The notes below the pieces were generated by a model. That model saw only the letters and a program-made list of their open reading frames with translations. It was not told where the DNA came from and did not search any database. 24,000 nt of DNA from the NCBI GenBank assembly GCA_964615315.1, contig CAZTMZ010000003.1, positions 45,565 through 69,564 of the forward strand. The letters are read 5' to 3'. Below are positions 7,634 to 17,021 of the stretch, in pieces (positions within the stretch are counted from its first letter, which is position 1; each line of letters starts with the position of its first letter). The stretch comes from an uncultured Eubacteriales bacterium (GTDB lineage Bacteria; Bacillota; Clostridia; Oscillospirales; Acutalibacteraceae). Position numbers and translations under genes: made by a program.

Positions 7634-7819
7634 AAAAATAGTTCCGTAAAAGCATTGCAAATATTGTTAATTGGAAATGGCTATTCTTGTGGCTCTTATG
7701 GCGCAGACGGAGATTTCGGTACGGGAACGTATAATGCGGTTGTAAAATTTCAAAAAGCAAAAAAGATTGGCGCAGATGGAATTGTTGGAGCACAAACATG
7801 GGAGAAGCTATTAAAGTAA
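7634..7819 (+). CDS. Endolysin exon 2: PG_binding_1 cell-wall-binding domain
   Basis: Translation: KNSSVKALQILLIGNGYSCGSYGADGDFGTGTYNAVVKFQKAKKIGADGIVGAQTWEKLLK*. This fits the PG_binding_1 pattern (V..LQ.LL...GY.....DG.FG..T..AV..FQ......DG.VG..T...L). It has no start codon or RBS of its own. The frame is closed upstream at TAA 7622-7624. Confidence 0.85.
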   Translation, partial: KNSSVKALQILLIGNGYSCGSYGADGDFGTGTYNAVVKFQKAKKIGADGIVGAQTWEKLLK

Positions 7820-7832
7820 GTGGTGATGCTTT

Positions 7833-8195
7833 ATGTGGGATAAAATATTCCAAAGAAGGCTAAAAAGGATTGAAAGGCGCGGAGAAAGGCAAAAGGCGAA
7901 ACAAGAGATGATTGACAAGTATGCTGAATATTATCCGAGCAAACGACGTAAGGTCTCAAATGTTATGCTTGTTGTAGTGGTGAGCGCGATTACGATTTAT
8001 ACCGTTGCAAGTTTTTGGTTGACATATGCGACAGGGATGTCTATAGATTCCACGCTTACTACGTGTTTTTATGCGTTTATGTCAAGTGAATTAATTGCCC
8101 TTGCAAGTATAAAGTGCAGCAAGGTTATTAAGAGTAAGGACGACAGTTTTTGTGAAGAAAATAAAATTGATAATGATGACGAAGTTGTTGGATAA
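7833..8195 (+). CDS. Holin-like small membrane protein (two predicted TM helices)
   Basis: It lies directly after the endolysin. The N-terminus is basic. Hydrophobic segments: VMLVVVVSAITIYTVASFWLTYA and TTCFYAFMSSELIALASI. The C-terminal tail is acidic. Confidence 0.5.
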   Translation: MWDKIFQRRLKRIERRGERQKAKQEMIDKYAEYYPSKRRKVSNVMLVVVVSAITIYTVASFWLTYATGMSIDSTLTTCFYAFMSSELIALASIKCSKVIKSKDDSFCEENKIDNDDEVVG

Positions 8196-8209
8196 AAGGA
8201 GTGAAATGT

Positions 8210-8551
8210 ATGGAAAATTGGGTCAATATTGTAGTATCTATTCTTTCTGGGTTATGCGTGTGTGTTCCTTTAGTTGTAAAATTAGTTTCAGTAGTTGAAC
8301 AGTGTGTTCGCGAAAAGAATTGGAATGAATTAGTAAGTCTCATCATTCAATTTATGAACGAGGCTGAGTCTCTTTTTTCGTCCGGTGAGGAACGAAAAAA
8401 TTATGTCATGATTGCCATTAAGGCCAGTGCAGACACAATTGATTATGATATTGATATGGATATTGTTAGTAATATGATTGATGATTTGTGCGCTATGAGC
8501 AAGATTGTGAATGCTCCAAAAGAAGTTGAAGAAGCGAAGGCAGAGGGTTAA
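8210..8551 (+). CDS. Holin-like protein (N-terminal TM; possibly LL-H-type holin family)
   Basis: RBS aaggag lies 8 nt before ATG 8210; the track's GTG at 8201 sits on the RBS. TM segment: WVNIVVSILSGLCVCVPLVVKLV. Lysis-cassette context. The family assignment is from memory only. Confidence 0.45.
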   Translation: MENWVNIVVSILSGLCVCVPLVVKLVSVVEQCVREKNWNELVSLIIQFMNEAESLFSSGEERKNYVMIAIKASADTIDYDIDMDIVSNMIDDLCAMSKIVNAPKEVEEAKAEG

Positions 8552-8637
8552 TTCTTTCCGTTGTTATTACTACTACGAAAAATTACATTAATATAATGTT
8601 TTAATCTAATATAAGAATAAGAATGGAGTGACGTGCT

Positions 8638-8808
8638 GTGAATCAATATTTCTATTGTTATAGTTATCCGTTAAAAGAATTTTTAAAGAAGAATGGTTTG
8701 GAGTATATTACCGCAGCTACAAATCACTCGACCAATAAGACGTATTGGTTATTTGAAGGGAATGAAGAATTAAATATGTTACTTCAAAAATGGCGTTCAA
8801 ACAAATGA
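8638..8808 (+). CDS. Small hypothetical phage protein (56 aa, GTG start)
   Basis: It falls below the track's length cutoff. RBS ggag lies upstream. Translation: VNQYFYCYSYPLKEFLKKNGLEYITAATNHSTNKTYWLFEGNEELNMLLQKWRSNK. It resembles small helical phage proteins of Firmicutes. A hairpin aaaaatggc(8786-8794)/gccattttt(8811-8819) spans its stop codon. Confidence 0.4.
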   Translation: MNQYFYCYSYPLKEFLKKNGLEYITAATNHSTNKTYWLFEGNEELNMLLQKWRSNK

Positions 8809-8853
8809 ATGCCATTTTTATATTTTAGAAATGATGTTTTGGAGGAATGATTT

Positions 8854-10275
8854 ATGGGTAAGAAGTTAACTAAAGAAGAATTTATTAAAAGGGTTTATGA
8901 AAAAAATGAGCATGTAAGAAATGGAGAACTTGAGATTCGTGGAGAGTTCGTTGGGACAAAGGAACCAATAGAATGTTTTTGTACAATCCACCATGTTTTA
9001 TGGAACCCTAGACCGGACGATTTGTGGAAAGGAATTGGGTGTAGACAATGTGGGAGTGTAAAAACAGCGGACAAAAGGCGTGTAGATGCGGACACAATTA
9101 ATAGACGATTAGAACAAATAAATAATGGCGTTAAAATGATTGGTAAATGCTTCGGCGTTAGAGCGGAAACTGAGTTTCAATGTAGTTTGAATCATACATG
9201 GAGAGATCGACCTATTGATATTTTGAACGGCGTAGGATGCCCATATTGTAGCGGACATCGTGTTTGGGTTGGATTTAATGATTTATGGACAACACGTCCT
9301 GATGTTGCGAAGTTGTTATTGAATTCTAACGATGGCTATAAATATACATACGGTTCTAATAAAAAATTAGAATTTATTTGTCCAATTTGTGGGTCTATAA
9401 TAATAAAGTCCGCAAAAGAAGTCTGTCAAAATGGATTAGTTTGTCAACTTTGCTCTGATGGTATTTCATATCCAAATAAGCTTGGCAGGTTGTTATTAAC
9501 ACAGCTCAATGTAGAGAATATAAGATATGAGTGGAGCCCGGATTGGATCCAATCTTATTCTTACGATAATTATTTTGAATATTGTGGAAAAGCATATATT
9601 TTAGAGTTTGACGGTGGACTTGGGCATGGTAAAAAGAAATATAAATCAAATGAGCGCGATGTTATTGGCAAAGAAAGAGATATTTATAAAGATCGTTTGG
9701 CAGCAGATCATAATATAAAAGTTATAAGAGTCGATTGCGATTACACTGGAAAATGTAATGATCGTTTTATGTATATAAAAAATAATATTTTACAAAGTGA
9801 ATTGTGTAGCATTTTTGATTTGTCTTGTGTTGATTGGGAATATTGTGATTGTAATGCGCAAAAAACATTGATAAAACAAGTTGCGGATTTATACAATCAA
9901 GGTTTAAGCGTATCAGAAATACAAAAGATTGTAGGTTATTATATTAATACTATCCGTAAATGGTTAACTACGGCATCTAAATATAATTTATGTAATTATA
10001 ATAGAAAAGAGTCTAAAAGAAGAACAACTGATTCTATATACCGTTATATTAATCAATATTCTACAAATGGAGAATTTGTGAGAACATATAAATGTGTAGC
10101 TGAAGCCAGTGAAATTACTGGAGTTGATGATTCTTCGATTTATGGATGTTGTAAACATTATTCTGGGCATAAAACCGCAGGTGGATTTTTATGGTTTTAT
10201 GCTACAGATCTATATCAACCAGATAAATCAAAGATTATTGAATTAGCAATACAAAATGAATGTAAGGAGGTGTAA
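8854..10275 (+). CDS. Free-standing protein resembling a homing endonuclease: Zn-ribbon repeats + Vsr/PD-(D/E)XK-like core + HTH/NUMOD1-like DNA-binding C-terminus
   Basis: RBS ggagg is present. There are three Cys/His ribbon modules (CTIHH..CRQCG; CSLNH..CPYCSG; CPICG..CQLCS). The core motif YILEFDGGLGHG...ERD..KD is typical of Vsr/DUF559-type nucleases. An HTH follows (GLSVSEIQKIVGYYINTIRKWL). The C-terminus reads INQYSTNGEFVRTYKCVAEASEITGVDDSSIYGCCKH..KTAGGFLWFY, typical of phage homing-endonuclease DNA-binding repeats. The gene looks visibly AT-rich. Confidence 0.55.
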   Translation: MGKKLTKEEFIKRVYEKNEHVRNGELEIRGEFVGTKEPIECFCTIHHVLWNPRPDDLWKGIGCRQCGSVKTADKRRVDADTINRRLEQINNGVKMIGKCFGVRAETEFQCSLNHTWRDRPIDILNGVGCPYCSGHRVWVGFNDLWTTRPDVAKLLLNSNDGYKYTYGSNKKLEFICPICGSIIIKSAKEVCQNGLVCQLCSDGISYPNKLGRLLLTQLNVENIRYEWSPDWIQSYSYDNYFEYCGKAYILEFDGGLGHGKKKYKSNERDVIGKERDIYKDRLAADHNIKVIRVDCDYTGKCNDRFMYIKNNILQSELCSIFDLSCVDWEYCDCNAQKTLIKQVADLYNQGLSVSEIQKIVGYYINTIRKWLTTASKYNLCNYNRKESKRRTTDSIYRYINQYSTNGEFVRTYKCVAEASEITGVDDSSIYGCCKHYSGHKTAGGFLWFYATDLYQPDKSKIIELAIQNECKEV

Positions 10276-10278
10276 CCG

Positions 10279-12250
10279 ATGGAAATTATAAACGCTTTTA
10301 AAACTGTAACTGAACAAATTAAATCTTGGGTTGACGAGAATAAAGTGCAAAAAGTAAGCGGGAAAGGACTTTCTACAAATGATTATACCAATATAGATCG
10401 CCAAAAAGTAGAAGAAATGCCAAATGACTTAATGATTCTTAATGGAAAATTATATCTTGCACAGGATGGAACCCCAATTGACAGTTCTGCGGTACAGCTT
10501 CCTGAAGGTGGTGGCGGAGGCGGTGGTTCGAGTGCTACGATTACATTAAAGAATTTGCTAGATTCGTCCATCATAACATCTGCCGTTGGAAATTCAGTAG
10601 TTTTAAAATTCAGTTTTGCATCGTCTGAGGCAGATAGTGGTATGGCTTATATTTATGTCGGCGGTGTTCTGAAGGGTACGGCAGCTATAATTGCCGGAAG
10701 CAATACGTTGGATATTTCAGAATATGTTGGAGAAGGTTCCAATGAAGTTAAATTAACATGTATGGACGTGTATAGCAATAGTAAAAGCTTGGCGTATACT
10801 GTCAACATGGTTTCGTTGAGAGTGACATCTACTTTTGATGATTCTCAAGTTTATTCGGGCGATATTAGTGTTCGTTATATTGTTTATGGTGCAGTAGAAA
10901 AAACTATGCATTTTGTGGTCGATGACACAGATACCACTGTAACAGTAAGTGAAACTGGAAAACAACGAACACAGGTTTTACCAGCAATGTCGCATGGAAC
11001 ACATTTATTAAAAATTTATGCAACGGCTACAATTAATGGTGTTGAAGTTAAAAGCAACGAATTATTGTTTGATATATTGTGTGCCGTGGAAGGTGCGACT
11101 ACTCCGATGATTTCTTCTGCCTGTAACGTTATATCTGTAACCCAAGGAGAATTGATTAATATTCCATTTGTGGTTTATGATCCTTCTAATATGGAAACTG
11201 AAATTACTCTTACTATATCGCAGAATAACGAAATATACTTCACTTCTATGAGAACCGTAGATCGTACAAAACAAACTTGGAGTATAAGAAATTATCCTGT
11301 TGGCGAAGTAACTTTTACTATTACATATGGTGCTATTAGTAAAAGTCATATGATAACTGTTGCAGAGAATAATATTGATGTTTCTGTAAAAACAACGGAT
11401 TTAGAATTCCAACTTAGGGCGGCAGGTAAATCCAACGAAGATACGGATCGCGACACTTGGACTAGCGGCGACGTAACTACTATGTTCGAATACTTAAACT
11501 GGGAATCTACTGGTTGGGTTGCGGACGATGACGGTGATGTTGCTTTAAGGTTGTCTGGTGATGCAAAGGCAACAATTAATTTTATGCCGTTTAAATCAGA
11601 TGCTCGTCAGACAGGTAAAACAATTGAAATGGAATTTGCCATTCGTGATGTTAATAATCGCGATGCCGTTGCGATTTCTTGCTTGAATGGCGGTATTGGT
11701 TTTACTGTTACTGCAGATACGTTTGTAATGACAAGCGAACAGACGAAAATTAGTTGCAATTATACTGATGAAGAAAAGATAAGAATTGCTGTTGTAATTG
11801 AGCCACGTAGTGAATACCGTATGATGAGCGTTTATTTGAATGGTGTTTTATCTGGTGTTGAACAGTACCCCGAAACAGATAACTTTCAACAAACGTCTCC
11901 TACGAATATCGTTATTGGTTCTGAATATTGTTCTGTTGACTTATATACCATCCGTTCTTATGATGTAGCATTAACCGCAGATGAAATTAAAGACAATTAT
12001 ATTGCCGATATTACTGACATTAGTGAGAAAGCAGCGTTATATTCGGACAATGATATCTATGATGCGTTTGGTAATTTAAGCTTTTCTGCACTGAAGGATA
12101 AAATACCTGTGTTGGTTATTACGGGCACTTTGCCAACATATAAGGGAGATAAGAGAAAAGTAACTATTGCGTATACAGATCCACTAAATCCCAGTCTGGA
12201 TTTTGAGGATAGCGCAACAATTGATGTACAAGGCACATCAAGTCAGTATT
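10279..12250 (+). CDS. Giant tail/receptor-binding protein, exon 1
   Basis: RBS aaggagg is present. Fibre motif KVSGKGLSTNDYTNIDRQKV, a Gly7 linker and beta-rich domains. The exon ends ...IDVQGTSSQY + t at U12250. The track ORF runs on 35 nt into the intron, to TGA at 12283-12285. Confidence 0.8.
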
Positions 12251-12620
12251 CGAAATTTGGATACCGTATTGAGAAATCAGTATGAAAAAATACTCGTTTA
12301 ATTGCTGGAACACCCTAAAGACAAATAAACTACAACGTAAAGATGAAATATGCTTAAGCGTGAATGTTATGAAAATAGAAAAAAATATTTGTATGAGAGC
12401 GAGGTTAAATCCCCTGCTCTTTTTTAATGGGCAATCAGCAGCGAAGCCGTGAATAACGGAACGTTCAACGACTATTCTGAAAGGAAGTAGGCTGTAAGCG
12501 ATTGACAGTCGAAATGGCGAGGACCAGAAATGGTTAAGATATAGTCTATACTCAATGGAAACATTGAGAAGGAGAAATCCTTAGCACAGGAGTAGCGTCC
12601 TATGTTTAATACAATAGATG
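12251..12620 (+). ncRNA. ORF-less group I intron (370 nt), homologous to the IStron ribozyme
   Basis: P1: gtatUc(12246-12251)/ggatac(12259-12264), with U12250-G12260 at the splice site. P2: gtattg(12266-12271)/cagtat(12278-12283). Core elements: P aattgctggaa (12300-12310), Q caatcagcagc (12432-12442), R gttcaacgactat (12463-12475), S aagatatagtc (12536-12546). GAAA-capped P9 hairpins: ctcaatg-gaaa-cattgag and aagga-gaaa-tcctt. The terminal G12620 is the only G that both lies after the in-frame TAG (12593-12595) and restores the frame. Confidence 0.85.
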
Positions 12621-15600
12621 TTCGTAAAAACTGGAAAATTAAAACTTCAGAATATCATACATTAGATTTAGATCAAGTTCCTACAAAAATATTTTGCTGG
12701 AAGGCTGACTATGCTGAGGCGACTGGTAGCCACAACACGAGTACGGCTAATTATGCTCATATATTATATGGAGATGCTAAAACTCCGCCGCAGGAAGCCG
12801 ATTCTCGTGTAAGAACTACTGTTTATGGAAGACCAAGTGTAATTTTTCATAAAGCAGATAGTAGTTCGGACCCCGTATTTTACGGAAAGGCAAATGCAAA
12901 TATAGATAAAGGAGCACTTGAATGCTTTGGTTTTACTGAAGATTATTCAGATGCCCAGTGTGTAGAATTTTGCAATAACGTTTCAGAGGCATGTTTATTC
13001 CACAAAGAGATATCAGATGATTGGTCTGATGACTTTGAATTTCGTCAGCCCGATGGATACACGGATATCTCTGACTTCAAAATTGTACACGATTGGACAG
13101 TTAGCACATGGCAAGATGGGGCAACTGGAACTGCATTGAATGGATCGTATACAGGCATTGATGGTACTGTTTATACTAATGATACTGCGGCATATAGATT
13201 AGCAAAATTCAAGAAAGAATTTACAGATTATTATAATTTGGATTTTTGTTTAGTTTATTATGTGTTGACGTTTGTGCTAATGTGCGTAGACCAACGTGCG
13301 AAGAATATGTTTTTAACAACTTGGGACAAGGTTCATTGGGAGCCGTGGTTTTATGATAATGATACAATTTTAGGCATTAATAACGAAGGTAGATTGGTCT
13401 TCAGTCCTTTTTTGGAGGATGACGATCAGCTTGATGGAGCAAATGTTTTTAATGGAGCCACAAGTGCCCTTTGGGTGAATTTTAGAGAATCTTTCCCTAA
13501 TGAGATTCAGGCTTTGTATGCTTCTTGGCGTAGCGAAGGATTGTTAAGTTATGATCAGATAATTGAATATTTTATAACTCGCCAAACTGACAAATGGTCT
13601 ATTTCAGTTTACAGTGAAGATATAGATTTTAAGTATGTCTCTTTGCTGAGAGATGATGATGATGGTACTTACTTATATCAAGTAAGAGGTACTGGTGAAG
13701 AACATTTAAGATACTTTACTAAAGCTAGACTTAATTACTTAGACTCTAAGTGGTGCTGCGGTGATTATCCAAGTGATTACGTTTCGTTGCGTATTTATAC
13801 TCCAATGGATGAAAATAATAATCCACTAACTAATTTGCCAGTAGCTGCCAATCCAGATATTACGATAACACCTTATGAAAACACCTATGCAGGCGTTCAA
13901 TTTGGCGCAGGTAGTAACATTAATCAATATAAGGCGTATCAAAATGTTCCAATTACGCTTAAGTGGACAATGAATGGTTCTCCTAATGACCTTGAGACTT
14001 CGGTATTCCCGGCTTCTCAGATTAGTTCTTTGGGTGATTTGTCTCCTTTGTATTGCGGCACGATTAATGTTAGCAAAGCAGAGAAGTTAACTGAATTAAT
14101 TGTTGGCAATCAAACAAAAGGTTATTCCAATAACAATCTAACTGAATTGGCAGTTGGTGCCAATAACCTATTACAAAAAGTAGATATTTGTAACTGTCCT
14201 AATCTAGTTAAACCATTAGCGCTTTCTAACTGTCCAAATATTCAAGAAATTTATGCAATAGGTTCTGGTATTACTGGTCTTGAGTTGCCAACCTCTGGTT
14301 ATCTAAAGAAGGTGTATTTGCCAAATACTTTAACCAACCTAACAGTAACCAACCAACAATATATTGAAGAATTCGTTCTCGAAGGTTATGACAATTTGAC
14401 TACTCTTCGTATTGAAGATACTGTTAATATTCCTGTCGAAGACATAATGCTTAATGCGCCGAATTTGAATCGTATTCGTCTTATTGACGTTCAATGGGAA
14501 GCAGAGTCTGAGGCAGCGCTTGTTCAAACAATTGAAAAATTTAAGTCTTGTTTGGGTTTGGATGCTAACGGCAATAATACTGAGAACGCCATTGTTACCG
14601 GTAAAGTGCATGTCGCAGAGAAAGTCTCCAATGAAGTTTTCGGTGATGTTTATAATAGTTTCCCAGATCTTGTTATAGATGACGGCAGTGAAGAAATCTA
14701 TATTCTTAACTACAAAGACCGTGATGGTAAAATATTATATTCTACTAGAGTCGCAGAAGGGGCGAATGCGATAGATCCGATTGCACAGGGTTATATTGAG
14801 ACCCCAGACCCAATTATAACAGACACATATAGATATGAATTCGTCGCTTGGAGTACATTGCCAACCAACATTCAGAGGCATTATGTAATTATTGCGCAAT
14901 ACCACACTAAGTTTGCTATTAAATTTTATAATGAAGAAACATTATATTATACTCAGTGGTCCGTACAAGGCGACCCAGCTATCGACCCTGTTGTATCCGG
15001 CGCAATCACAGCTCCAACCAAGTCTGGCACGTCCGATATAAGCTATAAGTTCTCTGGTTGGGACAACCTGCCAACGAACGTTCAATCCACAGTTAACGTA
15101 TATGCTCAATACGATACCTATTGGGCTGTAAGATTCTGGAACGACAGTGTATTGTATTTAACAGAGTGGATCATCGAAGGTGGCAAACCCGTTAATCCTA
15201 GCACTTATTCCGAGGATTATACCAATCCAACTCGTACAAGTACGGCGCAATATGACTATCACTTCTCTAGTTGGGATGGTGACTTTGATACCGAAGTAAC
15301 ATCAACAAGAGAATTCTACGCCGTATATTCCAGTACAATTCGTAGATATAATGTCTACTTCTACAATGATAACGAACTGCTATACACCGTAGAAAATGTC
15401 CAATATGGTAGCAGTGCGTCTTATAGTGGTAGCACACCAACAAAACTCGGCGTTGAAGATCCAGACGAATACGTATTTAAGGGCTGGCTGCCTGCGCCTG
15501 AAAATATCACTGGCGAAACTAAATGTTATGCGCTGTATAAATTTACTGGTTACCTATTTGGTAAGTTAGGCAAGACTGATGATGACGATCAAGGCTATGG

Positions 15601-16321
15601 AACAGTTGATAGTCCAAACTGGGATGCGATCAATGCCTATTGGACAACTATTGCTGCTGATGTCTCATCCTACCAAAATGGTATTTTGGCAGAAGATGAT
15701 TTTACTGCAAAATATCAAATTGGTGGCCGAATGATTGTTCCAATTAACCTTTCGGATGGTACATCTACTATGGCAGATGTTGAAATTATTGCACACAACC
15801 ATGATAATCTAGCGGACGGCTCTGGTAAGGCGGCTTTAACATTCTTCTGTAAAGATCTTCCGCAGGTTCAGCGTGCTATGAATGAGTCTACTGTACTTAC
15901 TGGTTATAAAGATAGTATAATGCGTACTTTTGTCAATGAAGAATTGTTTGGCGTTCTTCCCAATGAACTAACGTTGGTAATCAAACCCGTAAAGAAAATT
16001 TCTGATGGTGGTGCGCAAAATCAGACACTAGTAACTACGACGGATTATTGTTGGATTGCGTCATATGATGAAGTTGGTTTTACTTCTGGTGGCTCAAATA
16101 TTTCTGGGCAGGGAGAGTTGTATGATGAAATATTTTCTAACAATAACAGTCGTAAAAAGTATATAACTGATAGCACCGATACTGGTGGATGGTGGCTGCG
16201 CACGTCAGTTCGTTCTACAAATTTAAGCAGCACTATGTTTTACAGAGTTCAGAAGTCGGGTGCGGCATATACGGATATTCAGACGAATCAATTTTATGTT
16301 GCATTTGGTTTTTGTATCTAA
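12621..16321 (+). CDS. Giant tail/receptor-binding protein, exon 2: CotH-like domain, LRR region, four Listeria/Bacteroides-type repeats, C-terminal WWLR domain
   Basis: The splice junction reads GTSSQY-F-RKNWKIK, which fits a CotH-type motif. A CotH-like core is present (DQRAKNMFLTTWDKVHWEPWFYDNDTILG). LRRs span about 14040-14480 (LTELIVGN..LTELAVGAN..CPNLVKPLALSNCPNIQEIY). Repeats span 14699-15538. The C-terminus contains GGWWLRTS. The spliced product is 1890 aa. Confidence 0.8.
14699..15538 (+). repeat. Four tandem coding repeats of about 70 aa (Flg_new / Listeria-Bacteroides repeat-like)
   Basis: The units start YILNYKD, FAIKFYN, WAVRFWN and YNVYFYN. Each ends in Y.F.(A/G/S)W....V......YA.Y (EFVAWSTLP..IIAQY; YKFSGWDNLP..VYAQY; YHFSSWDGDF..FYAVY; YVFKGWLPAP..CYALY). 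Confidence 0.7.
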
Positions 16322-16359
16322 TATGGGTTTATCTCTACCTAAAAAATAAGAGGTATTAA

Positions 16360-16390
16360 GTAGAGCTGGGCAACCGGCTCTACTTTATTA
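16360..16390 (+). terminator. Rho-independent terminator
   Basis: A 10-bp stem gtagagctgg(16360-16369)/ccggctctac(16374-16383) with a GCAA tetraloop, followed by tttatta. Confidence 0.75.
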
Positions 16391-16418
16391 TATTGAAATC
16401 TAAGGGAGGTGAATCTAT

Positions 16419-17021
16419 ATGACTGGTTTTGAAGAATTTTTAACTCTATTTGGAGGCATTACGGTTTCTCAAATTGTCGTTTTTGTGTTTGCGGTTATCT
16501 TTTTATTCTCTGTCTATAAAGAGATTAAAAAGTACGTCAACGTAAAAATTAAAGAACAGCAAACAAAAGCAGATGAAGAAAAGAATAACAAAAAGAAACT
16601 TGAAGAAGCGTGGGTCGCAACACAAAAGTATCCAGAGTATCGTAAAAAAAGTTTAGAAATACAGGAACTTCTTGAGGGCGAAATCCAAGAAGTAAAAAAC
16701 ACAGAAGAGACGGTAACAGAAGAATTAAAGAAACTGTCTTTACGTCTTGAAAAGATGGAGGAAGACACGAAACGCCGTGAGCGTAATCGTCTCAGAGATC
16801 TGCTGCTGAATCATTATCGTCATTATACAAACAAAGAACTAAATCCGTCACAATCATGGACGAGCATGGAAGCGGAGACATTCTGGGCGTTATTTAGCGA
16901 TTATGAGGATGCAGGTGGAGATGGTTACATGCACACTACGGTTCAGCCAGAAATGGAACGTTTACTAGTTGTGAACGTAGGTGAACTACCACAGACCGTA
17001 ACGGCCTGTGGCTTCCATTAA
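16419..17021 (+). CDS. Hypothetical membrane-anchored coiled-coil protein; its 3' end runs into the IS left end
   Basis: RBS gggagg is present. N-terminal TM segment ITVSQIVVFVFAVIFLFSV, followed by a charged coiled-coil. The last roughly 18 codons (from about 16966) and the stop codon lie inside the IS200/IS605 left-end hairpin structure. Confidence 0.6.
   Translation: MTGFEEFLTLFGGITVSQIVVFVFAVIFLFSVYKEIKKYVNVKIKEQQTKADEEKNNKKKLEEAWVATQKYPEYRKKSLEIQELLEGEIQEVKNTEETVTEELKKLSLRLEKMEEDTKRRERNRLRDLLLNHYRHYTNKELNPSQSWTSMEAETFWALFSDYEDAGGDGYMHTTVQPEMERLLVVNVGELPQTVTACGFH

Noticed and set aside
7506-7853. A 115-aa minus-strand ORF across the omega-RNA region and endolysin exon 2
   Set aside because: The + strand encodes a clear PG_binding_1 domain and structured RNA. 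The - strand translation has no recognisable features.
10504-10524. The G-rich tract ggtggtggcggaggcggtggt as a possible slippage or phase-variation site
   Set aside because: It is not a homopolymer or a perfect short tandem repeat. It simply encodes a Gly7 inter-domain linker.
5888-12620. The possibility that the split endolysin and tail genes are frameshifted or IS-disrupted pseudogenes
   Set aside because: Both interruptions carry complete group I P/Q/R/S cores. Each has a P1 helix positioned on a U-G pair at the exon end and a terminal G. Their lengths restore the frame exactly across conserved protein motifs.
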